Source: Rhina ancylostomus
Lineage: Eukaryota
Assembly (NCBI GenBank): GCA_030265395.1
Contig: JARFYF010000002.1
Coordinates: 41,134,302 to 41,198,301, forward strand
Length of the DNA stretch: 64,000 nt
Direction of reading: 5' to 3'
Positions 63,670-64,000 of the stretch are shown one piece after another (position 1 is the stretch's first letter; the number at the start of each line of letters is the position of its first letter). The notes under the pieces are model-generated. The model was not told the DNA's origin, ran no database searches, and saw only the letters and a program-made list of their open reading frames with translations. A program made the translations under genes and the position numbers.

Positions 63670-63765
63670 ATAAACACAGAAAATGCTGGAAACATTCGGC
63701 AGGTCAGGCAGCATCTGTAGAAAAAGAAAGAGAGTTAATGTTTCAGGTGGAAGACCCTTCTTAGA
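63670..63765 (-). mobile_element. Penelope-like repeat fragment with decayed hammerhead motif
   Basis: Reverse complement CTAAGA-AGGGTCTTCCACCT-GAAA-CATT-AAC followed by CAGATGCTGCCTGACCTGCCGAATGTTTCCAGCA. Confidence 0.5.
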
Positions 63766-63825
63766 AAGTGAAAGACACTTATGCAGTTTAATTTACTGCA
63801 GGTATACCTTTTAACAGACTTACTT

Positions 63826-64000
63826 GTAGTGTAGCGGTTAGCATAACGCTATTACAGCGCTAGTGATCCGGGTCTCTTTCCTGCCACTGTCTGTAAGGAG
63901 TTTGTACATTCTCCCCGTGTCTGTGTGGGTTTCCTCCAGGTGCTTCGGTTTCCTCCCACATTCCAAAGACGTACAGGTTAGGAAGTTGTGGGCATGCTAT
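63826..64000 (+). mobile_element. V-SINE (HE1-like), cut off by the window end
   Basis: tRNA-like head plus the V-domain GGAGTTTGTACATTCTCCCCGTGTCTGTGTGGGTTTCCTCCAGGTGCTTCGGTTTCCTCCCACA. Confidence 0.8.

Noticed and set aside
63826-63880. tRNA-like sequences (also at 34774 and about 17490-17541)
   Set aside because: These are SINE heads that continue into SINE bodies; no complete cloverleaf is present.
1-64000. Prokaryote-type systems (CRISPR arrays, operons) and the remaining short ORFs
   Set aside because: This is eukaryotic repeat-rich DNA with no regularly spaced repeat-spacer array. The other short ORFs are transposon-derived, inflated by N gaps or apparently random.

Overview
This is vertebrate genomic DNA from a gapped draft assembly. 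Its repeat families (V-SINE/HE1-like, SacSINE1/DeuSINE-like, CR1, Rex1/Babar) point to a cartilaginous fish. The only host protein-coding gene I can support is MARCKS on the minus strand. It has two coding exons (27121-27219 and 24446-25396, about 349 aa), a CpG-rich TATA-less promoter and a ~1.1 kb 3'UTR, all inside a ~10 kb zone with few repeats. The rest is mostly decayed mobile DNA: CR1, Rex1/Babar, RTE and Tx1 LINE fragments, SINEs and a two-gene Harbinger relic. The three most notable hidden signals are (1) a dispersed Penelope-like repeat carrying degenerate minimal hammerhead-ribozyme motifs, some enclosed in fold-back inverted repeats; (2) a decayed canonical histone H3 fragment fused between a Penelope-like piece and a LINE 3' end; and (3) frameshifted HARBI1-type transposase and Myb/SANT remnants in divergent orientation. 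I found no convincing intact novel system. Repeat boundaries are approximate, and family assignments come from recognising motifs by eye, not from database searches.
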